Assembly (NCBI GenBank): GCA_008632985.1
Contig: QPGO01000093.1
Coordinates: 124,001 to 188,000 of the forward strand
From: Psammoneis japonica
Taxonomy: Eukaryota
Direction: 5' to 3'
Length of the DNA stretch: 64,000 nucleotides
Position 1 is the stretch's first letter. The number at the start of each line of letters is the position of its first letter. This document shows, one piece after another, positions 37,701 through 55,405 of this stretch. The position numbers were made by a program, and so were the translations under genes. Below the pieces are notes generated by a model. It worked only from the letters and a program-made list of their open reading frames with translations. It was not told the DNA's origin and searched no databases.

Positions 37701-40700
37701 ATGGCCATGGTTGCTTGCAAGTGCCTGCAAAAATGCAGACAGCTTCCTTCTTGCATGGACCTTTTGCCACCCAAGTTTGCATTCTACCTTGATCAACAAA
37801 CATGATTCTACACAGGCTTCTGGTTTTAAAGCTCAAGCTGTTGAATCCAAAGTGCTCCAGAAGACACATGCTGACAGCACCTGTGTGTGTGCTGCATCAA
37901 CTGACACCCATGAGGTGGTTGTCCATGGTGTTCTTTGACATGAAACAGTGTTTGCTCAAGCACTGGTCCCTCCATGATCTGAGACTCCCAAACGTCTGGC
38001 ACCTCAGCTCCAATGTCTGATCCAACTTTGGTTTCCAATTTTGAAGATGCACGCCAATGTGCAGCATTCCATGTCTGCATCTAACAAGACTCAACCAGTG
38101 CTTCTGTGATGGATGCTGAGTTGTTTTTGATGCAATGTCATTCTGTTGATGATGTCAAGTCACTGCACCCACATCTGCCCTGGTTTTTGTTCCTTGAAAG
38201 TCAAGACTGAATGCTTTCTTTGGCACCACCGCCTTGGTCACTCAAGTGATCATTGTTTGTATGATGCTCACAAGTGCATCAAGGGTGTTCCCAAGTTTTG
38301 TCATGAAAACCCTGTTCTTGATGTTTGTCCAGCATGCATCCAAGCAAAACAGGTGAAGACACCTGCTGGACCTGATGCAACCTGGAAAACTCAGCCATGT
38401 CAAGGTTTCACTGCAGACTTTGCTTTTGATGGTCAAGCCTCTAAGAATGAAGACAGCAAGTCTGGCTGTGTCGGTTTCAATGGTGCAACTTGTTGGATCA
38501 CTGCACATGATCATCCTTCTTGTGTGCTCCATGGTGTTGCATGAGTTTGCAAGCCAGTGTCCTGTCAAGTGGCTTCACTGATTCTTGGATCAACATTCAC
38601 CAAACTGTCATGACAAACATGCACTCATGGGTCAAGGTGGAGAATCATGCAAGAATCCAAAAGTTCATGACCTCTTCAAACACAAATTCCAGTGTGACTT
38701 GCATCCCAATGTGGATGTGCCCTGTGTTGAATGCTCACATTTGACTGTTGAGAATGCAACTTGTGCCCTCTTGATCAGTGCCAACCTTCCAATCCAATTC
38801 TGGCCCTGTGCTTTTCATCATTGCACACAAATCAAGAGTGCTGCTCCTGCAAAAGATCAAGACAATTTCCTGATTGCTGTTGCCACTGGAACTGCTTTGA
38901 AGACTCTTGGATGCCAAGTGTGGGCCAAATGACCATCTGATTGCCTGGCTCAATTCAAGATGAATTCCAAGAGGGGAATTTCCTTGGGCATCTTCCCAAC
39001 ACTTTGAAGAATGTTCTGTGGCAGGGTCCAGAGACTGACAAGGTCAAGACAGCCAAACATGTGCAGTGTGATGAGGGTGTGAATGACTTGCCATTGGACA
39101 ACCTTCCTCTGAAAGCCACACATTTGCAACCTGTGGAGAGTGGCCAGTCTTTTCCAGCTGATGCACAAGAAACAACTGTTCCTGTGTTCACTTCTTCATC
39201 AAATCCTTTTGCCACAACTGTGTTGCTCATGCCATGAAGCACTCTCCTGAGGATCCCACTTGTTGCTTTGGTTTCTCCCAGTGTGCCTTGATGGATTGTG
39301 TCTGTGCATCTGAAATCAAGCATTGCAGCTCTGCAGCTTCTTTGTCCTCCTCACTCCATGCCAGTTGCAACAAGATCATGGGTTTTCATGTGGTGTCCAC
39401 CATGAACAAGCACAAGGTTTTTACACTGAAGGATGAAAAGGCCGAGCTTTCTTGTGTCTTCTTCCATGAAAAGACCACTGCTTTTGAGATTGCTTTTGCA
39501 CCAGAATGATGTTTGGACTCATGGTCACTCAACAAAGCATTTGAGAAAGTGGAGCCATTTGATCCCGACGCTGTGGAAGACAAATCTCATGCACTGGAAC
39601 TCACTTTGGAGGATGTGTGGTCCATTGTGGCTGTCATTTGCCCTGAAGACAATTTTTTGGGAGAAGCTGTTTTCCTTCAGATGACTTTTGTGCTCATGTC
39701 AATGCAATCAGCTGCCGTGCTCTCATGCCAGAAGAAGCTGCTCTTGATTGCCTTGCTCACTCCAAGCTGTGCAAACTTGACACATGGCCAGAATGGGAAG
39801 AAGGCAAGAAGCATCAATTGGGTCAGTTCCATGCACTCCACATGTCTGGCCCTCTGCAGCCACAACCTCCTGGAGCAACTGACATGCATCCACATTAGAG
39901 TCACTTGCATGGTGAAAGCAGATGGCCAACATTGATGTTTTGGCAATGTGGCAATGAACCCAAGTCTGCAGTGCCTGCTTTGCACAAACTGACATCCACA
40001 CACTCTTCTTGTGTGGAACAATTGATTGAAAACATGTTCTTTTCACTTGGTGCAGCCATGTTGCATCAATTTTATGGTGGCGATGCTTGTGATGCATGTG
40101 CTCATTCTCCATCAGGTCCATCTCAACCTGCTGTCTTTGTTGCTGTTGATGATGCACATGCTGCGCAGTGTGAGAAATGGTTTGGCAAGTGGGTTCCTGA
40201 CATCACCATGTCCTTCCACTCAAGCACACCCTTCAAGGTCATCCTTGGGAGAAGCATGTCAACTTGATTCTCAGCCATGGACATGAAACTTCTCTTCTGC
40301 AACACTGCCCATTGTGAGTGCGTCCACTCTGGTGTGTGCAAAGGTGTCAAGGTGTTGTTGCTTTGTAAAGTTGATGATTTTGCACTTGCTTGTCCATTGG
40401 AGGATGTTGCAAAAGCAACCCATTGTCATGTTTGAAAGGCACTCCAAATGGAGAATGAAAAATTGCCTCCATTCAAGTGTCTGGGTTTGGTCACTGAGTT
40501 CAACGGCATTGACATTGTGCAAAATGATGAGTCAGTCACGACCAACTGTGCAAGCCACCTTGACCATGTTTCAAAACCCATGGCTGGGATGCCCTGCTGC
40601 TGATGAATCTGACAGCATTTTCAAGGCTGCTTTTTTCTGGTTAAATGCATTGCTGAGTCATGCACTGCTGAAGGTCCTCTTGAAGGTGCTCTGGAACACA

Positions 40701-41430
40701 ATGCACTGGCAACTTCTCAAGGCTTCTCTCATCAGTCTGTCTTGGGTGAACTGATTTTTGCATGCACTTGTTGTCAATTGGATGTTGTTTGTTCTTTTGT
40801 GACATTGTTGGAGTTCTCCAAGAGCCCTGACTAGATCCATTGTTCATCTCTCAAGCACATGGCCAAGTGTTTGTGCCGCACCAAGCACTGGGGTTTGACA
40901 CATGAGAAGTCCAAACATGATCTGGGCCTTCCTCCTTTGACTGGCTGGAAAACAATCCTTCTCTCCCTGATTTTCCTTGCACCATTGATTTGTTCCAGCT
41001 CTTTGGCTTTGTTGATGCTGCCCATGCCAATGTGCTTTGGCATTGTCATTCCACTGCAGGCCACGCACATGCCCTTGCAGGTGCTGTGATTGACTGTCAA
41101 TGCCAGGTTCAGACAATCACTGCTGTCAGCTCTACGAAGGCAGAATTTTTGGTGAGTGTTGCTGGTGCAAAGCAAACTCTGCATCTTTGGTCAGCACTTG
41201 AGGAACTGTGTTTCCCTCAACCTGGTCCTGCTCCTTTGCACATTGATGGTTCCTCTGCCATCCAGATGATCAATGACAAGGTGCCTGCGGAGCAACCCCA
41301 CATGTCGACATTCAACATTTTGGGATCCAAGACTGGCAGGAGGCAGGAAAAATTGTTGCTCAACACATTTTGGGTGTCATTGACCCTGCTGATGCACTGA
41401 CCAAGGCTGTGGGTTGGACACTTCACCAAT
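34795..41430 (+). mobile_element. Ty1/Copia (CoDi-like) LTR retrotransposon, copy 2, 3'-truncated
   Basis: 5' LTR 34795-34963 homologous to the copy-1 LTRs, PBS GGTCATG. Gag, protease IDVGA, LWHHRLGHSS, integrase, RT (..KVDDF) and RNase H (GFVDAAHAN) are colinear with copy 1. No 3' LTR found. Confidence 0.9.
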
Positions 41431-41434
41431 GACC

Positions 41435-43199
41435 ATTGGCATGTCTTGAAAGACCTGCATTGGCATTTTGCATTTGGGGTTGACACCCACCCCCTGATTC
41501 AGCCAAGGAGGTGCTGCAAGTGTTGGACACCTGTGGGGTCAACAAGAAACCTGAGGGTGCAAGTTTGCATGCAGAATGACAGGAAGAAGATTGCATGCTG
41601 GAAGTCTGCAACAAGGAGGCTTTGGACATCAAAGGAGGGACTGTCCTGACAGTGATCATCCATCAGCAAAGTCAGATGATGTGGGCCATGGGAATCAATG
41701 GAACAGTCAATGTGGTGTTGGGTGGCATGCTTGCCAAGTGTCATCCTCCTGTGCTTGATGCACACCAGGTCAATCAATTGATGAGACTCATGCAAAGGAG
41801 TGTGTTGGAAAATTGGGGCCAGAGGCAGTTTTGTGGGACAAACAAACAGACAAAGTTGCAGCACAAGATGCACTGATGATTGTGGACAACATGGCAAGTT
41901 TGTTGAATTTACAACTCAGATTGAGTTGTGGGTCTTGTGCTTGCTTTTTTAGCTTCTGCACCTGGTTGTCATGGCAACAACAGCCAATGGCAACAGTTGT
42001 GTGTTTGCAAGCCACACGGTGAGTTCGGAGATGGCAAAACTGAGCACATGCCAGTTGGCAAGTGCAAAGCTCCAGCAGGAGAGCATGCCAAAAGAGCCAG
42101 GTTGTCCATTGGGAGACACCACACCACATTGGACAAGGATGAGGAAACTTGGGAAAGCAGCGCAATCACTGTGTAAAACAGAGTGCAATCTGCAAGACAC
42201 AGAAAGCAAAGGCATTCAATGCAATTGCAGGGAAATGTGTGAAGGCTGTTTTTGTTGCAAACTTGAGGGAGTGATGGAGTTTGCAAGAGTTGCAAAGGGG
42301 TGGGATGTGGCAGTGCTGCTGGATGTTCTCAAGTCAACCTTGTTTGTTGCAAATGAGAAAACAAGCCCACATGTGCAGGTGTTCAAGGCTTGAAAGCAGT
42401 TGTCACTCATTCATCACGACGAAAGAGAAGCACTTCAAGATTGTCACAATCAGTCCATGAGCATGGTTGAAGTGGTGAAAATGTCCCATGACAGGATGAA
42501 CCCAGAAGAAATTGCCAACAAAGAAGATGGGTTCAGCAAGAATGCCAAAAAGTTGCCAGCGGCCATGCTGGTGGAAGGCACCAAGAAGAAACACTGGCAT
42601 GTCTTGAAAGACCTACATCAGCAGCTCACATTGGGGGTTGACATTCACTCCAATTCAGCTGAGGAGGGGCATTGCAGGTGCTGGACACCTGCAGGACCAA
42701 CAGGAAGCCTGGGGGCACAAGCTTTTCACTGAATGAGTGGAAGCAGATTAAATGCTGGAAATGTGACAAGGTCAGGCATGTGAGAAGGGATTGCCCCAAC
42801 AGCGGTCATTTGTTGGCAGAGTTGGATGATGCAGACCATGGGAATCAGCAGAACAGCCAATGTGGTGTTGAGTGACATGGTTTCCAAGTGTCATCCTCCT
42901 GAACTTGATGTGCATGAGGCCAATCAAGGGTTGATGGCTCATGCAAAGGAGTGTGTTGGAATGTTGAGGTCAGAGGTGCTTTCAGCAGGACAGACAAAGT
43001 TGCAGTGTAAGATGTGCTGACTTGTGGACTGCCACACAATGAATTTGCATCTGCAACTTGGTTTGGGTTGCACAGCTTGTGCTCACTTTTTAGCTTCTGC
43101 ACCTGCTTGACATGGCAACAGTGGTTGACAGCACAGCAGCAATGTGTTTGCAAGCCATGTGGTGAGTTTGGCATCAGAGAGACCAAATGAGTGCTGGTC

Positions 43200-43200
<1 letters not shown>
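41435..43200 (+). mobile_element. Tandemly duplicated degenerate gag C-terminus (CCHC knuckle) of another LTR element
   Basis: 41437-42050 matches ~42595-43190. CWKCDKVRHVRRDCP at ~42753 is a CX2CX4HX4C knuckle, with a frameshifted counterpart at ~41596. Confidence 0.65.
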
Positions 43201-47590
<4,390 letters not shown>

Positions 47591-47982
47591 TGCCACGTAC
47601 AATACAGTTACGGAAAAAAGACCCTTGACGTCATCACCGGTAATTTAATTATTGAAATAATGCCAGGTCATTAAATGGCGTGTCTGCCTGCCGGCGCGGC
47701 AAGAAATGTCGTTGGCAATTCTCAATCAGCGAACCACATTTTTTTTTCTCGCAAAACGCAAAAGCGCGTTTATTGTTTTTGTTCGTTGTGTTGACTGTTT
47801 GCAAGCCGTGAGTGTTGCTCTTTGCCTTCCCTTCTCATTTGTCCTTGCGTCTTGTAATCGTATCTCATGTCTCGTTTGTTACTTTGTAGATTGTAGCAAC
47901 GTTGGGAGAAGCTCTTTAAACAACAAAGCGAAGCACTCCGACTGAAACGTCGATTTTCAAAATCGCCTCGTTCTAATTGAAT

Positions 47983-50900
47983 ATGACGAGATTCACGGCA
48001 CCGTCATCATCGGATGAAGATTCGCCGCTCTGCGAAACACGAACTCTTGCTTCGCACATTTCTAAAAGGAGGAGGGGGAAACGAGACAAGGATCAGAATC
48101 GCACTAAGCGGCGGAAGTTATCTGATGAAACGAAAGCTTCAAAGTCCCTCCGCCCCCGCCAAAGCTCGCGCGAGACGGGCCACGCCGAAACTATTCAGTA
48201 CGAAGAATTTCTGCAATGTGAGGAGACCGATAAAAGTCAAGGGCTGATAATAAAACGACCCTACGTGGTTAGAAGGCCAATTGGATTGTCGGAAGAAGAC
48301 ACTAAGGCTCTGACCACGACTCGAGTTTGGGAGGAGGACAAACCATATCAACGGCCCACCAGTGAAATTCGAAAACAAAAGCGAGGTAAGAGAATATAAA
48401 ACGACTCGTTTTTCATTTTGATGCCGGCACGATCACGACCGTTCACGAATGTCTTCTCATTGACACCATCTCATCCTTTGAACACACAAACACACACACA
48501 CACAGGGAACGCACCTTCTGTCTGGCATCAGTTTGTCAACGACGTTCCTTTGCCCGACCCGAACTCGGCCAGCTCTCAAGACCGTCAAGGCCATACTACT
48601 GCCATAGAAGGAACAACGGATTTGCATACCATCAAGATAATGCCGTCTTCACGTGCAGAGTTAGTAAAACGAACGCCTTCTGTCTGGCATCAGTATGTCA
48701 ACGACGTTCCTTTGCCCGACCCGAACTCGGCCCGCTCTCAAGACCGTCAAAGCCATACTACTACCATAAAAGGGACAAAAGAATTGCATACTATCAAGAC
48801 AATGCCATCTTCACGTGCAGAGTCAGTAAAACGAACGCGTGAGTTTGCTGACGGATTGCCGCGAGTTCAGCACAGAAATGCAGAAGCTGCTGGTTTCCCT
48901 GAAGAATCTTCCACGAAGAAGCGTCAACGAAATCTAGGTGAGAAAGCGACTCGCGTTGTTTTTTCCTTCAATGTGATGATTGTCGTGGTATGAAACTCAT
49001 TCTTGTCAATTTCATCGCGTTTGTGAATGTAGACACACATGGAGCTGCCAACGCTACAACCACTGGTGGCATCGCCTCGGAGGCACCAGCTACTGCAACA
49101 GAGGGTGCAACACTAGCTGCCAATAGATTTGCAGAGCACAGTGGCAAATCTTCTGAGGCTGCATCTTTGCACGTTGCAGCTGCTCGTAAGATGAAGACGA
49201 CTCCACCTGTTGGATCCCATCAAAGTGTGTTTGGGACTAATCGAAGCAACAGCCAAGGTGGTCTCAAGACGCTGAAGGACACACGTAGCCGTCGGGATCT
49301 TGGCATTGCTACGAATCGTCGGAGTTTCTGCCACACCTCTTCCTCCAATCTGGTTGCCGCCAAAGCGAAGAAAAAGAGATGGACTCGAAAAATTTCATAT
49401 GGGGACACACCATTTAAGAAGAAAACATGTCGGCCATCCGTTCCCCTTCCGAGCATTTTCGAGACGAGCGAAAAGGAAAACCATGAAGCAGAACCGAGCA
49501 TAGACAGCATGTTGTCCAAAGCGCTACCCGACAGAGCTATCAGGTCTGCCAGCCTCAGTGAAGCAGATTCTGCATCACTTGATGGAGTGCACGCTGCTGC
49601 GACAGGTGATTCTGGCCTCGACAAATCCAGCTATGAACGGAATGGTCCTTCAGCGAAAACGACAAATGTCACCAATGAAAACGCATTGGCAGCCGCCGCA
49701 GATTCAACGATAGCAACAAGCCAAACTCCTGAAAAGAGCGGCTTGTCAGGGGACGCTGTTTCGAATGTCCCAGGTAAGACTTTCTTGATGTGTTTGTATC
49801 TTGTGCTTGCTGACAAGAAACTCGCTCTCATCGATTTTATTTTGCTTTTATCAGCTACGCTTTTACCAGAAGGAGCGCCGGCCGCCAATGCCATCGATCC
49901 GGAGAAAGCCCACGCTACATCGCCATTCTCGTCGCCTTTCCTCTCTGCACTGTCAGACGAAAGTACGGAACAAGAGGGCGACAGTTCCTGCAACAAGCCT
50001 TCCGACAACGCAGTCAACTCTGCAGTTAGCAACGCTACGAGTGCTTGCACATGCAAGGAGAATGAAAGTACGGTCCAAGAAACGGCCAACTCTGCAATTG
50101 GTGATGCTTTGCTTGGCTTTGCCTTGGACGAACCCGATGATACGGCCGGGGAAGAAGAACCGCGAAACGATGACGTGGGAGCTGCCGCTGGGGCCGTGAA
50201 CGACTCTGCAGTTGGCAACGCTGCCCCTCGCATTACCTTGGACGACGAGCACAATGCTGCAGTTATGACAAGGGGTGCCACACTAGCTGCCAATGGATCA
50301 GCCAAGCACAATGGCAAATCTCCCTTGGCCGCTTCTTCAATCGTTGCAGCTGCTCATCAGATGATGTCAGGGCGTGCTAGTCTCGACACACACAGCTCCG
50401 AACGGAGTGGTCCTTCCGCGAAAACGAAACCTGTCACCAATGAAAACGCCACAGATTCAACGTTAGACGCAAATAAATCTCCTGAAAAAAAAGGCTTGTC
50501 AGGGGATGCTGTTTCGAATATTCCAGGTGAGGCGTTCGCCATTTGTTTGCATCTTGTGTTTGTTTCTTGACTCAAAACTCATTCTTATCGATTTTATTTT
50601 GTGTTGACCAGCTTTCCCTTTACCAGAAGGAGTGTCGGTCACCAATGCCATCAATCCCGAGAAAGCCCAAGAACGCTTCCCTCGTGGCGAAGATTTTGCT
50701 CTAGTGAAGTCCGCCAAAACCGGACAGAACCAGGAAGACCAAAATGTTTCGACTTGTAATCGGATGGATGCTTCACCACTGTCGTCGCCATTCCTCCATG
50801 CACCATCAGACGAGTCTACGGAACAAGAGGTCGACAGTTACGGCTACAGACCTACTGACGGTACAGTCGACTCTTCAGTTGCCAACGCTTCGAGTGCTCT

Positions 50901-52533
50901 CGCATGCAAGGAGCATGAAAGGACGGTCCAAGCCACAGTCAATTCTGCAGTTGGTGACGCTTCGCCGGGCATTGCCTATGACGAGCTCGATGACAAGACC
51001 GGGGAAGCAGAACTGCCACAAAGTGAAGTGTCGTCGCCTTTCATTCCTGCACCTTCAGACGAGACTACGGAACAAGAGGACGGTAGTTCCGGCTACGAAC
51101 CTTCTGATAATGCAGCAAACTCAGCAGTTAGCAACGCTTCGGGTGCTCTCGCACGCAAGGAGAATAAAAGACGGTCCAAACCACGGTCAATTCTGCAGTT
51201 GGTAATGCTTTGCCTGTCATCGCCTTTGACGAGCCCAATGATACGACCGGGGAAGTAGAACTACTACACGATGAAGTGGGAGCTGCCACTTGGGCCGCAA
51301 ACGAGTCTTCAGTTGGCAACGCTTCACCTCGCATGGCCTTGGACGAGCCCAGCGATACGGCCGGGAAAGCAAACCACGCTGCTGCGGCTGTGACAGAGGG
51401 TGCAACTACAGCTGCCGATGGATCAGTAGAGCACAGTGGCAAATCTCCTTCAATCGTTGTAACGGCTCGTAAGATGAAGAAAACTCTACCGGTTGGATCC
51501 CGTAAAATCTCTCGTCGAAAAGCAAACATCGAAAAGGAAGAGAAGAAATCTGCAGGGGCTAAGTTTGTGACACGGGGCGGTCTTCGTCAGGGTGGAATCG
51601 ACATACCCACCGGGAACCTCAACTCCTGCCTTGTTGACGCGGTGACAGTGGCTCTTAGTGCCATGGTGCCCAAAGGAGATAGAAAGACATTGGCGGTCAG
51701 TAGAGAATCGTTGAAGAAGGACCTTGCACCCAATGGCGAGCGGCCGGAAGTGGGGACAGTCAAGTCTGTTCTGGACACGAAAGGCTTTGTTTTCGAAAAG
51801 TTGAAGCTTTGCGAATGCAACAGCAAGTTAGCCTTGCTCCGAAAGAGAGAGGGTGTATACGTCTCCATTTTTGACATTTGGGATGACTAAACAGAAGAAA
51901 CGGAGGAGCACGCAGTAGCTTTCCTTGCCAGGGAAGGTCAACTTGTGGATTGTATTGGCACTTCTCAGCCTGTTGAGCTCGAAGAAGAAGACCACCGAGT
52001 GTTGAACTGTCAGAACAAGCAGTTGGCCGAAGAGAAAGCTGCGGAAATAATCCGGAAAGTAATCGACAGCGAAAACAGAATTTCTATGACGTATTCGGTG
52101 TCTAGGAAAGTGGAACCGCCAATGTCGGAAGAGAATACGCGGGGCAAAGAAGACAAAGTCTCCGATGCACTAAAAAAGCCACACGAAGCAACAAAAAAGC
52201 GCAAAAGTTGCGAGGAAGTCATCGAGCTTCCGTCAGCTACCACGGCGAAAAAGCAGAAAGGGGTGCAGGAGCGCAAGTGTGCAACGTGCGACGACCTAAA
52301 GCCCCGAGAAGCATTCTCTGCCACACAGTGGAAAAAAAATGTTGCTGGTAACTGCCGCTGCAGGAACTGCCTTGAGAAAGAAAAAAATATTCCACGAGTG
52401 TGCAAAGTGCGGCAACGTGAAGCCCCGAGAATGGTTCTCTAGTACACAGTGGAAGAAAATTGAGAAGGGCCGCTGCAGGGACTGCGTTGAGGAAGAAAAA
52501 CAGTTCCAGCGCTGCCGGCAGGGACTGCCTTGA
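47983..52533 (+). pseudogene. Multi-exon repeat-rich gene with a putative papain-fold Cys protease domain and tandem Stc1-like zinc ribbons; reading frame disrupted
   Basis: Probable introns at ~48386-48505, ~48938-49032, ~49773-49854 and ~50527-50610. NSCLVDAV...HAVAF...LVD is a Cys/His/Asp pattern. Two CxxC...KPRE.FS.TQWKK...CR.C units. In-frame TAA at 51888 and apparent frameshifts near 51170 and 52385. Confidence 0.6.
48514..48837 (+). repeat. Two tandem 162-bp (54-aa) coding repeats
   Basis: PSVWHQ.VNDVPLPDPNSA.SQDRQ...MPSSRAE.VKRT at 48514 and 48676. Confidence 0.9.
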
Positions 52534-54526
52534 CTGTGAGGACACATGGCATTCTTCCAGCGATAGCTCAAATGTTGTATACTAGATGATGTGTTGACCG
52601 ACTATCTCCGTCCTTGCCAAGGGATAATGCCTTCTCCCATTCAAAGTACTGACTTCACGGACTCTTCGGAAGCAGCTGAACACTAGCTCGAGAATGCCTT
52701 AAAAGCTTTATAGGATTTTTGTAAGTCTTCATCCGCAGGCCTCGAGGTTGTCCTGTTGACGCCAAGCAATCATTCGTTGCTAATGCTCACTTTGATACAC
52801 GCTTTTCTTGAGAGGCTTTCAACAATTCTGCTTCGCGTTCCTTTGCTGCCTGTGTCGTTCCAAGCTTTTGTTCCATGCGTGGTTCGAACTTGGTTACCAC
52901 GCTCTTGATTCTTATCTTGAAGCGTGGGGAGAATCCGATCCTCTGTCCACGTCCCGTACCATCACCTCATACTGCTCATGATTATCCCAGTTTCACATGA
53001 GCTGAAGTGGTATCGCAGACAACATGAGCATACTTCAACAGCGGGAGGACACCACATATACTGCTCAAATGTCGACGTCATGGACACCAACAAGACGACC
53101 CTCAGAAGTAAGAGTTTCATCGGATTCCACGCTGGGAAACTGATGCGGTACTTTGGAGTACGGTGTCGGCGACAGCATGCAAACACTCGCCAAGTCGACT
53201 TATCGAGGGGACCCAATGTTTTGATTACCATGCCACGTTTCTTATTCAGAAATTGGCAGCCGAAGAGCAGCAAGTCCGCAACCATGACTCACCTGGTGGA
53301 AGCTTACAAGTCAAAGGACAAGTCTGTTTAGAAGATAATCAACAAGGTGGGCCCAAGCAGTGCAGTCCATGATTCCGATCGCGACTCAAACCGAGCTCCT
53401 CCTGTTTCTGCAGTTCTGACCCCTCTGCTTGAGAAGGGACTGGTCAGTGACACCAATCTTGAAATTTTGTTTTGAGACGTTGTGCATGTTCGGGGTATTT
53501 ATTCGAATTGGGAGCTTCTTTCAGAACACCGCCAACAATGGACAGTCCGGCCGGAGCCGTTGTTACACCGTTGCTCGGCATACTAAAGCTCGGCCCGTGT
53601 CAAAGACAATGTGGCGAATATGGGGTGTCAGAGCAGACTCATGGAATTCCTTTGTCTCTGCCAATTTTGTGAACAGGTTATTGCGGTAAAGACTGCAGGA
53701 GAAAAGCGATGCGGATTCACAAGCCCTATATTATTGCTTGACCGCCCAAGGGAAAGCCGTGCCCGCGATCGTTCGTGCTAATTTAGCACGTGCAAAAGAG
53801 GGTCGAGAGCAACTCGTCAAGAAGACACAACGGCAAGAAGCATCTCAACAAATGGAGACGGCTAATGCGGGGTGGGAAGCATTCCTACAGGAGGCTTCAA
53901 GTCAAGTTGATCGGTTCTTGTATGACTGCAACGGAAAACGACGAAGAGTACATCTTCCCAGTTTTGGTTGGATATCGCCGACACATTCGTCACCGACACA
54001 TTCGTCACTAAGCTTTGACGAGCGACTGTCGTTGGTAATTTATCCAAACGGCATTGACCCGGACGCTACAACTTTCGCGGAAGCCTCTACAGCGATCATG
54101 CGAGTGGTGGTGCCGTTCGCTCCTCTTCACCTGTCTCTATGAGTCAGCTGATGAATCAAGGGATTGCACCGGATATTGCATTGACGGGATCTTTGTCGTG
54201 GATCGGGTCATTGACAAACGCGTCCAATGGAAGCTTGTTCCCAGGCCGCATCTCAGTCGAGATTATTCTACTCAATGCAATTCCTCGGCATGCACTTGTT
54301 GGCTACCGGTACGAAAGCAAAAGCCCAGTTAGTCGGCGGGGATATCGATTCGGGGATTCACAATCCTAGTTTTCCTCCTCTCAACCTTGTCAATGCGTCC
54401 AATTGCTTCGCATAACGAAGAATGGCATAACCGTAGCCAAGTTTGTGGTGACACATAGACCAATATTGCATCGATATTCTTCACCGAATGCCAGTAGAAG
54501 AACTCACAATATCGTCACTTGCGCAT

Positions 54527-55405
54527 TCAACGCATACTAAAAGCCTTTCTTGACAGACTGCGCCAGAGCGCTCTTCGCTTGTTTATTTGGGTGAACTCCA
54601 AAATTCCCACTACTATACCTGATACATGAGATTCGTGAAATTTTTCGACCAATTGATGCTCTGCCCACTTGTGATGTTCTTCCTGAATGTCTTCGATTGT
54701 CCTACAAGCAGGAAGGCTGGGATCATACATTTGCTGCAGCATGAACCAAGTCGAGTCAGGCTTCCCTACCAGCTCTCGAGTCGTCCAGTCGAGAAAAGTT
54801 CTGTTCGACTGCTGTAGGGTTTGTATTTGAATCACCTTTCTTCCCACCAGAAACCACTGATGTCGAGCGCTTTTGGCAAGATACGTGGTGTAGGCAATTT
54901 CATTGACTTGTCTCTTCTTATTCTGGAACGATAAGTATTCTTTGGGATTTGGGGTGTAGTGGACATTCATGATTTGGTAATCAATGTACTCCTCTTCAAC
55001 ACCATGATACTTCAGCCCCTCCCCAATGATTCGAACATAGCGCTCTTGAGGAAGCTCGTCCGTTTCAGGTTGCTGCTCCTTATCCATTACGTAAGTAAAG
55101 GCCTGAATCGGACTATCTTCTTCGTCATAGCGATAAACGTGCACTTTCGAAAGCTCGTATTCTGCACCAATTTCTTGCAACAGAGGCAAATCGTGTTCTT
55201 TTGAATCAAACTCAAGCAGAACACCATGGACTGTCCAGCCTCGCTGCTTCACAATATTTGCGGCTCCTCCTTGACTGAAGGAGATGCGGTGATCAAGCAA
55301 TGTTGCCGGAAATGCAGAACGAGTGTGAATGTCACGCCTCGCTCTACTGATGGGATTTGACATCGCTCCATAAACAAAGCAAAAATGGTGGTCTTCGTGG
55401 CTCAT
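54527..55405 (-). CDS. Gamma-glutamylcyclotransferase (GGCT/AIG2-like) family protein
   Basis: Intact 292-aa ORF with N-terminal FVYGAM.N, ATLLDHRISF, GAANIV, VHGVL and a later P.ERY..II..G motif. Confidence 0.8.
   Translation of the reverse strand: MSHEDHHFCFVYGAMSNPISRARRDIHTRSAFPATLLDHRISFSQGGAANIVKQRGWTVHGVLLEFDSKEHDLPLLQEIGAEYELSKVHVYRYDEEDSPIQAFTYVMDKEQQPETDELPQERYVRIIGEGLKYHGVEEEYIDYQIMNVHYTPNPKEYLSFQNKKRQVNEIAYTTYLAKSARHQWFLVGRKVIQIQTLQQSNRTFLDWTTRELVGKPDSTWFMLQQMYDPSLPACRTIEDIQEEHHKWAEHQLVEKFHESHVSGIVVGILEFTQINKRRALWRSLSRKAFSMR

Noticed and set aside
53738..54369. PPR-like gene fragment (GIDPDATTF, LMNQGIAPD)
   Set aside because: Only two short motifs in different frames; not enough to call.
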